Assembly (NCBI GenBank): GCA_947169105.1
Contig: CAMVOL010000001.1
Location: 7,570-71,569 of the forward strand
Reading direction: 5' to 3'
DNA from: an uncultured Bacteroidales bacterium
GTDB lineage: Bacteria > Bacteroidota > Bacteroidia > Bacteroidales > WCHB1-69
Length of the DNA stretch: 64,000 nucleotides
In this document: piece after piece, positions 37,235 to 45,936 of the stretch
Layout: each line of letters opens with the position of its first letter
Position numbering within the stretch: position 1 is the stretch's first letter
Notes under the pieces: model-generated
Database searches by the model: none
What the model was told of the DNA's origin: nothing
What the model saw: the letters and a program-made list of their open reading frames with translations, nothing else
Program-made: the position numbers and the translations under genes

Positions 37235-37372
37235 AACCCCGTAGGGGTGAAAGATTTTAGGCGGGTCGCGTCAGCACCCGCATTTTAAAAAGAAATACAG
37301 AGTAACCCCGTAGGGGTGATATGATTTTAGGCAGGGCGCGTCAGCACCCGCATTATAAAAAAGAAAACAGGC
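37235..37372. repeat. 69-70 bp tandem duplication: GTAG-loop hairpin plus GC hairpin + CATTWTAAAAA
   Basis: ACCCC-GTAG-GGGT occurs at 37236-37248 and 37305-37317. CGCGTCAGCACCCGCATT occurs at 37267-37284 and 37337-37354. Confidence 0.9.
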
Positions 37373-37376
37373 AATC

Positions 37377-38481
37377 ATGAAATTCCGATGGTTGGTATGG
37401 TTGTTTTTGTTGCCAGCGGCGTTATGCCACGGGCAGACAAACCTGTACCTTGAGCCGTCGGTGCGGGTGGGGCGGGTGATTCCCAATGCCTCCAATACGA
37501 GTTTTTTGTCGCACGTCTCCACCTACGGGGGCGAGCTACGCCTTGGTCACCAAACCACCGGAAAGCACGATTGGGAGCGGCTTTTCAACTACCCCGAATA
37601 TGGTCTGTGTCTCCGTTACGCCCATTTTGACACCACGATGTTCGCCGAAACCGCCGCCCTGTTCGCCTACTACAACGGCACCATCTGGCGCAACCACCGC
37701 TGGACGTTCCATTACCAGTTCGGTGTCGGTGTGTCCTATTGGTCGAACCCGTACAATGAGGTGACGAACCCAGCAAACCGCTTCATCGGTTCGCACTTCA
37801 ACGCCCACATCGACCTTGCCCTCGGCATTGACTGCCGTCTTACGCCGCAGGTGGCGCTGACGTTGCGGGCCAACTTCTCCCACTCGTCAAATGCAGCGCT
37901 GAAGCTGCCGAATATGGGCATCAACCCGCTGTCGGGTGCGATCGGGGTAAAATGATACCTTGGGTTTTTCATGGCGGCACCGCGACACCAACTTCGTGAA
38001 AAAGAACAGTTTCTATGTGTCGGTGAGTGCCGGCACGAGGCAGTCGAAAAAGGATGCGGTGGTACAGAACGGCGCGGCGGGACCATACTACTTCGGCATG
38101 TCGTTACATATCGGCTATATGCGGCAGCCACACCCGAAGTTCCGTTACGGCGGCGGCTTCGACATCAACTTCAGCGGAGAGCTGAGCCGCCATTTGCCCC
38201 CGGAGCAGCGGCGTCCGGGCAAGTACATCAATGAGGCCGCCTTTGTGGCCTTTGAGGTGCTGTACGGGCGGCTGGTGCTCCATCTCAGCGGGGCGGTCTA
38301 TCTCAATAGGGCCTTCGGGTACTACACCCCGTTTTACGAGCGTGCGGGACTGCGTGTCCTGTTGGGCAAGAACCGCAACCATTTCGTGGGGGCGGCCGTC
38401 AAGGCGCACGCCGGCTCCGTCGATTACCTTGAATGGACCTACGGCTGCCACTTCGTTTCATTCGGCGATAAACGGAAATGA
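37377..38481 (+). pseudogene. Acyloxyacyl hydrolase (PagL-like lipid A deacylase family), split by a frameshift near 37950
   Basis: ORF 37377..37955 has a signal peptide and ends ...FSHSSNAALKLPNMGINPLSGAIGVK*. ORF 37960..38481 is in the +1 frame, has no ATG and no signal peptide. Skipping one base in the AAAATGA run would join the two. Confidence 0.6.
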
Positions 38482-38484
38482 CGA

Positions 38485-38510
38485 TAGAGACGCGGTGCAC
38501 CGCGTCTCTA
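38485..38510. terminator. Perfect palindrome TAGAGACGCGGTG/CACCGCGTCTCTA; bidirectional terminator
   Basis: 26-nt perfect inverted repeat between the convergent stops at 38481 and 38533. Confidence 0.75.
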
Positions 38511-38532
38511 CAGGGTGCATAAAGGCGCCCTC

Positions 38533-39114
38533 CTATTTTACGTACGTTTTCAGAAATTCCGTCAGTGCTTGCATGGCGCGGCCGCGGTGACTGATGGCGT
38601 TTTTGGAGGCTTCGTCCATTTCGGCGAAGGTTTTGTTAAAACCGATGGGGCGGAAGATCGGGTCATAGCCGAAACCGGCGGTTCCGCGCTGTTCGGTGAT
38701 GATTTCGCCATCCACACAACCTTCAAAGAAGTACTCCTTGCCGTCAAGGATGAGGGCGACGACGGTTTTGAAGCAGGCCTTACGGTTGGCGACACCCTCC
38801 ATTTCGGACATCACCTTCCGGATATTGTCCTGGAAGCTGCACGCGGGACCTGCGTAACGGGCGGAATAAACACCGGGGCGACCGTCAAGCGCCTCGATTT
38901 CCAATCCAGTGTCATCGGAAAAGCAATTGACACCATATTTGTCATGGACATATTCCGCTTTTTGTCGGGCATTACCCAACAAAGAATCAGCTGTTTCGGG
39001 AATATCCTCGAAACAGCCGAGTTCTGCAATACCTTTCACGACACAAGAAGCACCTGCGATGGCAACTGCTTCCTGAAGTTTGTGCTGGTTATGTGTTGCG
39101 AAGAACAACTCCAT
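38533..39114 (-). CDS. rdgB: Non-canonical purine NTP pyrophosphatase (RdgB/HAM1)
   Basis: 193 aa. Starts FATHNQHKLQE and contains ...GFGYDPIF.... Confidence 0.9.
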   Translation of the reverse strand: MELFFATHNQHKLQEAVAIAGASCVVKGIAELGCFEDIPETADSLLGNARQKAEYVHDKYGVNCFSDDTGLEIEALDGRPGVYSARYAGPACSFQDNIRKVMSEMEGVANRKACFKTVVALILDGKEYFFEGCVDGEIITEQRGTAGFGYDPIFRPIGFNKTFAEMDEASKNAISHRGRAMQALTEFLKTYVK

Positions 39115-39134
39115 CGCACACGTTTTCGTGAAGA

Positions 39135-39323
39135 TTAGGCGTTGGCGCCTTTGATTTCGATGGCCTGCTTATCTCTGTAGTAACCGCATTCAGGGCATAC
39201 TCTGTGGGTAAGGATGGCGGCACCGCAGTGGCTGCAAGTGGTCAGCGTGGGGGCGGTGATGAAATCGTGCGCTCTTCTCTTGTCTCTTCTCATTGCTGAG
39301 TGTCTTCTTTTCGGATGTGGCAT
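39135..39323 (-). CDS. rpmF: 50S ribosomal protein L32
   Basis: 62 aa. Starts MPHPKRRHS and has the zinc ribbon C..C...C..C. Confidence 0.95.
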   Translation of the reverse strand: MPHPKRRHSAMRRDKRRAHDFITAPTLTTCSHCGAAILTHRVCPECGYYRDKQAIEIKGANA

Positions 39324-39344
39324 AACTATCTTTAATTTAAGTGA

Positions 39345-39896
39345 TTAACTTTGTTTGATATTTTTCAGGGCTTCCCAACGCGGGTCAATTTCATCCTTAT
39401 CGGCTTCGTGCGGGGTCAGCTCTTCCAATTTTTTCATTATTTCCGGATTGCAGGTGGAATTCCCATTTTCATCATCGGGGTGGAGGATGCGCGTGGGGAG
39501 TGCCAAGGAGATGGATTCATAAACAAAATGGAACAAATCCAGTTCATAAGTGTTCTCATTCACGATCCACAAATTGTCCTCCTCTTCGGATTCTTCAATC
39601 CACGGCATCAGTTTCACGACCAGATTATCAGTGAAGTCCAAGTCAATATTGACCGGTTCCATACAGCGGTCACACGGAAGGGTAACACTACCCTTGAAAT
39701 GGAAGTCCAATGTGATGATTTTGTCAGAAACGTCCATCAAAATCTGCAATTTCACATCGCCGTCCTGCAAATCGGGAATCTCTGCAAGTTCAAAGAACGT
39801 CTTATCGCAATCTATTGGATATGAATGTTTTCCAGCTTCAACGCCCGAAATTCGGAGCTTAAATTCCTCTCTTTTTTCTTTGCTGTTCACCTTCAA
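39345..39896 (-). CDS. yceD: YceD/DUF177 family protein
   Basis: Conserved position upstream of rpmF, with ...PCDRCMEPV... and an acidic C-terminal half. The track ORF starts at 39992. That start would overlap a terminator hairpin and the -7 box, so I placed the start at TTG 39896; GTG 39890 is also possible. Confidence 0.7.
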   Translation of the reverse strand: MKVNSKEKREEFKLRISGVEAGKHSYPIDCDKTFFELAEIPDLQDGDVKLQILMDVSDKIITLDFHFKGSVTLPCDRCMEPVNIDLDFTDNLVVKLMPWIEESEEEDNLWIVNENTYELDLFHFVYESISLALPTRILHPDDENGNSTCNPEIMKKLEELTPHEADKDEIDPRWEALKNIKQS

Positions 39897-39908
39897 TAAA
39901 TTGGGCTG

Positions 39909-39916
39909 CAAATATA
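39909..39916 (-). promoter_or_regulatory. Bacteroidota -7 box (TAtaTTTG) for yceD-rpmF
   Basis: Exact motif on the minus strand, just upstream of the proposed yceD start. Confidence 0.45.
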
Positions 39917-39971
39917 CTGCTTTTTTTATGTCGGAAAAGGGTGTCCGACATATTTTTCTAAAAAAAACAAA

Positions 39972-39998
39972 ACGGGGATACGGAATCCGCATCCCCGT
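39972..39998 (-). terminator. Intrinsic terminator of the DUF1573 gene
   Basis: ACGGGGAT...ATCCCCGT stem with an inner CGG/CCG. On the minus strand it is followed by TTTGTTTTTTT. Confidence 0.8.
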
Positions 39999-40019
39999 AA
40001 GGAAATCTGCATTTTTTTG

Positions 40020-41108
40020 CTATTGGATGACAACTCCGGTCACACTGATAATCTGGCTGGGATTGCTCGGTGAGTTGGAGATCACTTCAACGGTGGCGTT
40101 CTGTTTGCCCCTGCGGTTCTGGGCCTTGAAAGTGAGTTCAAGGTTGGCGGATTGTCCGGGAGCGATTTCCATTGCGGACATCCTATAGGAGAGGGCCGGC
40201 ATGCTGGAATCTATCTTACGGATAATCAAGGGAGTTCTACCATTATTGGTGATTTTGATTGTTTCATTCACCGCAGTGTTTTGGGCGACAGTGTCAAATT
40301 TGAAGGCCGTCTTGTCAAAACTGATCTTCGGAGCCTTTTCCAAATCCTTTTGACTCATCTTGGAGAAGTCCTCCACAAGATTAACGTTGAAATACAAATA
40401 TTTGCGGGGTTCAAGTGTATCATCCGTAACAATAACGGCACGGTCTTTGAGGTTGCCCCATGCGTTGCGCTTCGTACCATCGTATTTGAGGACAATGTAA
40501 CCTTCATGATCGGCGGGAATGGACGGACCGAAGCTGCGACCTACTTCCTGAATGTACTCCGGAAGCTCAAGGTTGACGCTGGTGGCACGACCGTTTTCGT
40601 AGAAACTGCGAATCTTGAAGGTGTCAATATGGCTGCCCGTATTTTTCACTTGGAAGCGGACAGTGGCTTCTTTCACGCGCACCTCGCCACGACCGGATTT
40701 GTAACCGGCAATCTCATATTTTGTGGGGGGGCGTTTGATGACATTACCCTTGATAAAGATAATGTATGGATTGGTCTGGTTCGGTTCGTTGGTGGAAACC
40801 TTGATGTTCTTGTTGAACTGGCCAGGACGTCCCCACGGATCGTAAGTGGCGTCAATAAAGCCGGTCTGACCGGGCTGAACCGCCTCTTTGGTGTAATTGG
40901 CAGCCGTACAACCACAGCCGGGTTTCACACGGGTGAGCACCAATGCGCTATCACCGACATTCTTGAAAGTGAAACGGGCCGTAACCTTGCCACCTTCCTC
41001 ATGAATGTCACCAAATTCGTGCGTCTTCTTTTCAAATTCAATCCGCGGTTGGGCCATCGCAAACAAGACAGCCACCATCATCACTAATGATAAAAATCCT
41101 TTTTTCAT
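40020..41108 (-). CDS. DUF1573 domain-containing secreted protein
   Basis: 362 aa with a signal peptide. The N-terminal PRIEFEKKTHEFGDIHEEGGKVTARFTFKNVGDSALVLTRVKPGCGCTAANYT is the DUF1573 signature. A second copy lies near the C-terminus. Confidence 0.85.
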   Translation of the reverse strand: MKKGFLSLVMMVAVLFAMAQPRIEFEKKTHEFGDIHEEGGKVTARFTFKNVGDSALVLTRVKPGCGCTAANYTKEAVQPGQTGFIDATYDPWGRPGQFNKNIKVSTNEPNQTNPYIIFIKGNVIKRPPTKYEIAGYKSGRGEVRVKEATVRFQVKNTGSHIDTFKIRSFYENGRATSVNLELPEYIQEVGRSFGPSIPADHEGYIVLKYDGTKRNAWGNLKDRAVIVTDDTLEPRKYLYFNVNLVEDFSKMSQKDLEKAPKISFDKTAFKFDTVAQNTAVNETIKITNNGRTPLIIRKIDSSMPALSYRMSAMEIAPGQSANLELTFKAQNRRGKQNATVEVISNSPSNPSQIISVTGVVIQ

Positions 41109-41156
41109 TGTGCTATAAGTTTTTACGTTTAAATATCCAGTTTTTTAAAACGGCGG

Positions 41157-41164
41157 CAAATATA
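41157..41164 (-). promoter_or_regulatory. Bacteroidota -7 box (TAtaTTTG) for the DUF1573 gene
   Basis: Exact motif on the minus strand, 49 nt upstream of the ATG at 41108. Confidence 0.5.
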
Positions 41165-41225
41165 CTATTATTTTCTGACAATGGTTTTCTTTTTGTTTTT
41201 TTAACAGCCAACTTAATAATTGTTG

Positions 41226-41233
41226 TATTTTTG
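41226..41233 (+). promoter_or_regulatory. Bacteroidota -7 box (TAttTTTG) for sppA
   Basis: Exact motif 95 nt upstream of the ATG at 41328. Confidence 0.45.
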
Positions 41234-41327
41234 CCACGGATTTTAAAACGCACGCGGTACTAATCGGACGCACACAGTGCGTCCCTACAAAATAAACGGA
41301 CAATATCAATAATTAAAATATCGCATA

Positions 41328-43187
41328 ATGGAAAACAATTACGACATCGAACAGACCGTCCCTCAGCCGGACGGCAAAACCAAGAAATTCAGGTATGTGA
41401 AAGGCGAGTCGAAATCACGGAAATTTTTCCGGGTCGTTTTCGGATCCGCGCTCGGCTTCATCCTCGCATCCGTTATCATCTCCTTCCTTTCCATTCTGAT
41501 GATGATCGGAATGGTGGCCGCCCTCGGCTCCTCCGATACGGAGAAAATCGAGTCCAATTCCATTTTGGAACTGACGCTCAATGACCCCATCGAGGAACGC
41601 GGCATCGAAAACCCGTTCTCTGGTATGGACATCCGCTTCTACAACAACTCCGCCACCGGTCTGGACGACATCCTCGCCTCCCTCGAAAATGCCGCCACCG
41701 ACGACAAAATCAAAGGCGTCTCCCTGAAACTCAGCTCCGTGTCGGCCAGCCCCGCCACCCTTTCGGCCATGCGTGACGCCCTCCTCAAGTTCAAGGAGTC
41801 TGGCAAGTTCGTCTATGCCTACGGGAACAACTACTCACAAGGTGCCTACTACCTAGCCTCCGCCGCCGACAAGGTGTTCATCAACCCCAAAGGCGGCATT
41901 GACTTCCGCGGTCTCGCCTTCCAGATCATGTTCTATAAAGGCCTGATTGACAAGCTCGATATTGACGTTCAGGTGGTTAAGTGCGGCAAGTTCAAAAGCG
42001 CCGTCGAACCGTACCTGCTGGACAAGATGAGCGATGCCAACCGTGAGCAGCTGACCGTGCTCGGCACCTCCATCTGGAACAAGATGGTCGCCGATATGGC
42101 CAAATCCCGCAACCTCTCGATCGATGACCTCAACGCCGTCGCCGACAGCATGCTCCTCATCAAGGACTTTGAAAATGCTGTGCAACTTGGAATCGCTGAT
42201 GACTTCTTCTACCCCACCCAATACCGCAACTTCCTGAAGGAAAAGCTCGGTGTAAAGGAGGACGAGACATTGAACCTCGTTTCCTTGGACACCTACCGCA
42301 AATCGTTCAAGCAGGATTTGGGCAAAGGTTCCGACAAGATCGCCATCATTTATGCCGTTGGTCAAATCAATGATGGCAAGGGCAGCAATACCACCATCGG
42401 TGACGTGACGCTCTGTCAGGAAATCCGCCGTGCCTACAAAGACAAGGACGTGAAAGCCATCGTGTTGCGTGTCAACTCGCCTGGCGGCAGCGCCCTCGCC
42501 TCCGAAATCATCTGGAACGAATTGGAGAACGCCAAGGCGGCCGGCAAGAAGGTGGTCACCTCCATGGGCGACTATGCGACTTCCGGCGGTTACTACATCT
42601 CCTGCAACTCCGACGCCATCGTGGCGGAACCCACCACACTCACCGGCTCCATCGGTGTGTTCGGCATGATTCCGAGCATACAGCGCTGCCTCGAAAGCAA
42701 GCTCGGTGTCACCCTTGACGTGGTCAAGACCAACGCCCATTCCGATTTCCTCTCCTATCGGCCGATGACCGAAGAGGAATACACCGCACTTCAGTGCAAT
42801 GTGGACAAGACCTACGACACCTTCCTCACCCGTGTTTCCGACGGCCGCGGCCTCAGCAAGGCACAAGTCGATTCCATTGGGCAGGGGCGTGTGTGGTCCG
42901 GCGCCGACGCCCTCCAGCTTGGCCTCGTGGATCAGCTCGGCAACCTGAAGGACGCCATCGCTGTCGCCGCCAAGCTCGCCGGCACCGACAGTTACAAACT
43001 CGTCTATTATCCTGAAAAGAAAGAGTGGTTTGAGACTCTCTTCAACAAAGATAAAGAAGAAAAGGAGATTTCCGCCGCCGTCCGCAGCGAGCTCGGAGAC
43101 CTCTACCCGACCTACAATGCACTGCAACAGATTATCAAAGCCAAAGGTGTTCAAGCCAGAATGCCGATGGAGATCACCATCGAATAG
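41328..43187 (+). CDS. sppA: Signal peptide peptidase SppA, 67K type
   Basis: 619 aa with an N-terminal TM helix and two tandem S49 domains. The second carries ...RVNSPGGSALASE.... Confidence 0.9.
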   Translation: MENNYDIEQTVPQPDGKTKKFRYVKGESKSRKFFRVVFGSALGFILASVIISFLSILMMIGMVAALGSSDTEKIESNSILELTLNDPIEERGIENPFSGMDIRFYNNSATGLDDILASLENAATDDKIKGVSLKLSSVSASPATLSAMRDALLKFKESGKFVYAYGNNYSQGAYYLASAADKVFINPKGGIDFRGLAFQIMFYKGLIDKLDIDVQVVKCGKFKSAVEPYLLDKMSDANREQLTVLGTSIWNKMVADMAKSRNLSIDDLNAVADSMLLIKDFENAVQLGIADDFFYPTQYRNFLKEKLGVKEDETLNLVSLDTYRKSFKQDLGKGSDKIAIIYAVGQINDGKGSNTTIGDVTLCQEIRRAYKDKDVKAIVLRVNSPGGSALASEIIWNELENAKAAGKKVVTSMGDYATSGGYYISCNSDAIVAEPTTLTGSIGVFGMIPSIQRCLESKLGVTLDVVKTNAHSDFLSYRPMTEEEYTALQCNVDKTYDTFLTRVSDGRGLSKAQVDSIGQGRVWSGADALQLGLVDQLGNLKDAIAVAAKLAGTDSYKLVYYPEKKEWFETLFNKDKEEKEISAAVRSELGDLYPTYNALQQIIKAKGVQARMPMEITIE

Positions 43188-43193
43188 TCCATT

Positions 43194-43976
43194 ATGTTCT
43201 ACATATATTTATATGTGATGATAGCGGTGGCTGTCATCGTGTTCATCTCCCTCTATTTTGTGGAGGCTGGTTATGGAATGCTGGTGTCTTCCCGTTGGGG
43301 CAAGCTCATCAACAACAAGGTGGCGTGGTTCTTTATGGAATTTCCTATCTTTGCCGCTATGGTGGGGCTGTGGCTCTTTTCGCCGCACCGCTTTTCCATC
43401 GTTCCCCTCACCTTCTTCATCATCTTTGAGACGCACTACTTCCAGCGGGTCTTCATCTTCCCCTTTTTGATGAAAGGCAACAGCAAGATGCCCGTCGGAA
43501 TCATGCTGATGGGAATGGCGTTTAATATCCTCAACGCGGCGATGCAGGGCTACTGGATTTTCTTTGAATCCTACAACGTGAACTACTCCGCTTTCGGACT
43601 GACTTACAATGACATCGAGTGGCTTTGGTCACCCTGGTTCCTTGTCGGGCTCTGCCTGTTCATCGGCGGTTTCGTCACGAACCTGCACTCCGACTACATC
43701 ATCCGTCATCTGCGCAAGGATCCGACCGACACGCGGCACTACCTGCCGAAGGGCGGGATGTTCAACTATGTCACCTCGGCCAACTACTTCGGCGAACTGA
43801 CGGAGTGGTTAGGATTTGCCATCCTCACGTGGTCGCTGTCGGGCCTTGTCTTCTTCATCTGGACGGCTGCGAACCTCGTGCCGCGCGCCAACACGCTGTA
43901 CCACAAGTACCAAAGCGAGTTCGGTGACGAGATGAAGGGCCGCCACCTGAAACGGGTGATTCCGCTGATTTACTAA
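43194..43976 (+). CDS. Steroid 5-alpha-reductase / DUF1295-family membrane protein
   Basis: 260 aa and polytopic. The C-terminal ...YVTSANYFGELTEWLGFAI... motif is typical of 3-oxo-5-alpha-steroid 4-dehydrogenase-like proteins. Confidence 0.8.
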   Translation: MFYIYLYVMIAVAVIVFISLYFVEAGYGMLVSSRWGKLINNKVAWFFMEFPIFAAMVGLWLFSPHRFSIVPLTFFIIFETHYFQRVFIFPFLMKGNSKMPVGIMLMGMAFNILNAAMQGYWIFFESYNVNYSAFGLTYNDIEWLWSPWFLVGLCLFIGGFVTNLHSDYIIRHLRKDPTDTRHYLPKGGMFNYVTSANYFGELTEWLGFAILTWSLSGLVFFIWTAANLVPRANTLYHKYQSEFGDEMKGRHLKRVIPLIY

Positions 43977-44011
43977 AAATTCATATTTTTTCCTATTTTT
44001 ATTGTAAGATT

Positions 44012-45145
44012 ATGACAAATTTAAAGGTATCCTTTTTGTGTTTACTAATTTTTATCTCTATTAGGAGTTCTGCCCAGGTTGATTTTTTTGACATCTCTAA
44101 TCAGCAGGATGTACAAAACAGTGCTCAAATTCCTCAATATGATAGTCTCTATAATTTTGAAATATCCTCTGATGATTATTCAATTATAAGTAAAGGCTAC
44201 GGAGGAAATAAAAAAGATAATTTTTGGAATGAGAAGGACTCTGTTGAGAGATACCTTGCAGAAAGAACCTTTCAGTTTATTGGACAAACTGTATTTGTAT
44301 GTCCCACGACAACGCAAGAACAAAAATACAATGAATCACATGGTCTAAATACTCCAAAAGAATTTAAAGAATTACAGGGAAACTATTATGTCATTGATAG
44401 CATCATACCGAATACTTTATATGATACATACCATTATCCTCACCGTTATAAAATAAATAGTGTAAAAATGGTCATGCACAGATTAGGAGATTCATCAAAT
44501 ACATCCAACGCATACAATATTGCAACGGTACAGTTGTTGGTCCCTTCGTTTCTTTGTATGGGATATTACGAAAAACTGAAAATGATGTACGAGAACAAAG
44601 TTTTTGTAACACAATATCTTATATATCTAATGGATTTCGTTGGTAATGAAATCTCTTTCCCAGAGGGAACAGAATTCCGGTGTTTTAAAGTTGCAATAGC
44701 AGAAGATAAAAATTATTATTATCCACATTTGTTCCTTGAAGATACTACGGGGAAACAATACAAGATCCCAATAGGAAACTCTATTTGGAAATTGAGAAAA
44801 AGAAGTCCTTTCATTGAGAAGCAACTATATATTGAGAAACTTGAGCAGGAAAAGCTCGCAGAAAAACAAGCACAAGAAAAAAAGAAACTAGATGCAGCGG
44901 CTATACAAAAACAACAAATTGAAAAAAAGAATGCTTTGATAGAAAAATATGGTCAATATTATGGGGATTTGATCTTTAGACATAAAGTTGTTATTGGTAT
45001 GACCAAAGAAATGTGTACTGCAGCTCTTGGGAAACCTGATAAAGTCAACCGTTCTGTGGGCAGCTGGGGAGTGAAGGAACAATGGGTTTATAAAAATCTA
45101 TATTTATATTTTGATGGAGACAAACTGACAAGCTTTCAAGACTGA
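44012..45145 (+). CDS. Hypothetical secreted protein (AT-rich orphan) with coiled-coil and BamE/SmpA-like C-terminal segment
   Basis: 377 aa with a signal peptide. Has a K/E/Q-rich helix (KLEQEKLAEKQAQEKKKL...) and a C-terminal GMTKEMCTAALGKPDKV...WVY...F.GDKL pattern. Roughly one-third G+C by eye. Confidence 0.6.
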   Translation: MTNLKVSFLCLLIFISIRSSAQVDFFDISNQQDVQNSAQIPQYDSLYNFEISSDDYSIISKGYGGNKKDNFWNEKDSVERYLAERTFQFIGQTVFVCPTTTQEQKYNESHGLNTPKEFKELQGNYYVIDSIIPNTLYDTYHYPHRYKINSVKMVMHRLGDSSNTSNAYNIATVQLLVPSFLCMGYYEKLKMMYENKVFVTQYLIYLMDFVGNEISFPEGTEFRCFKVAIAEDKNYYYPHLFLEDTTGKQYKIPIGNSIWKLRKRSPFIEKQLYIEKLEQEKLAEKQAQEKKKLDAAAIQKQQIEKKNALIEKYGQYYGDLIFRHKVVIGMTKEMCTAALGKPDKVNRSVGSWGVKEQWVYKNLYLYFDGDKLTSFQD

Positions 45146-45204
45146 GACACATAGCGTAGTCATTTCTGACTGTCGCAGTCATGTGATGGAAATGAAAAGG
45201 AATT

Positions 45205-45242
45205 GAGCAAAGAATCATACATTTTATGATGATTCTTTGCTC
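45205..45242 (+). terminator. Intrinsic terminator
   Basis: A 14-bp stem GAGCAAAGAATCAT / ATGATTCTTTGCTC is followed by a T-rich tract. Confidence 0.8.
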
Positions 45243-45424
45243 CTATTTATATTAAATTCCATATCAAATACAAACAGACTGGAGTATTAACGAGGCCTGC
45301 GTGCAATGACGGACGGTGCGGAAACACAGAGGCAGTCCGCTAGGACTGCAGGCCTCGATAGCGTGGGATTTGTGCGAGGGGGAATCGCAGGCCGTAGGTC
45401 TGCGGGCAAAACGAAAAATCCAAA

Positions 45425-45886
45425 TCATACGACATCATCAAAAATGTACCGTTCGTCATAGTCCACCTCGTTCTTTTTCAATATTTTCACATATTCTTTC
45501 CTGAACGTGGTCTTGGCATGATGGGCTTCCTGATTCAGAATGTAATGGATGACATTTGGAAGCTGGCTCATAGCATATGAGAACGCCCCGAAGCCTTCTT
45601 GCCAGCGAAATACGGATGGCGTGAGGCCTTCACGGTTAATCCATTCGGATGTCTCGCGTTTCAATCTTAAAATAAGGGATGACAGCGATTGCGTCGGACG
45701 GAAGCCGAACAGCAGATGAACGTGGTTCTCTGTTCCGCCAATCGCCAGTGTCTTATGCCCTTGATCGTTAATAATTGTAGCCATGTATTTGAATAAACTG
45801 TCACGCCACTCCTTTGATAACAGGGCTTTTCTGTATTTAACGGCAAAAACCGCATGGATGTGAATTTGGGTATAGGTGTTGCTCAT
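45425..45886 (-). CDS. IS200/IS605-family Y1 (HUH) transposase, RAYT-like
   Basis: 153 aa from MSNTYTQIHIHAVFAVKYR. Has the HUH motif HVHLL and the catalytic Tyr region VIHYILNQEAHH. Confidence 0.85.
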   Translation of the reverse strand: MSNTYTQIHIHAVFAVKYRKALLSKEWRDSLFKYMATIINDQGHKTLAIGGTENHVHLLFGFRPTQSLSSLILRLKRETSEWINREGLTPSVFRWQEGFGAFSYAMSQLPNVIHYILNQEAHHAKTTFRKEYVKILKKNEVDYDERYIFDDVV

Positions 45887-45928
45887 AACACTGTATGTTT
45901 TATTAATAATTAAATAATCTATCGGTCG

Positions 45929-45936
45929 CAAAAATA
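45929..45936 (-). promoter_or_regulatory. Bacteroidota -7 box (TAttTTTG) for the Y1 transposase
   Basis: Exact motif on the minus strand, 43 nt upstream of the ATG at 45886. Confidence 0.5.

Noticed and set aside
41853-43154. Long antisense ORFs. Examples are 41853..43154 (433 aa), 48101..49441 (446 aa), 10906..12006 (366 aa), 15726..16814 (362 aa), 55094..56017 (307 aa) and 36321..37169 (282 aa).
   Set aside because: Each lies entirely opposite a confidently identified gene (sppA, the T9SS protein, ftsW, ftsI, the carbamoyltransferase, the binding protein). Each also has a low-complexity, G/A/V/H-rich composition typical of shadow frames in GC-rich coding DNA.
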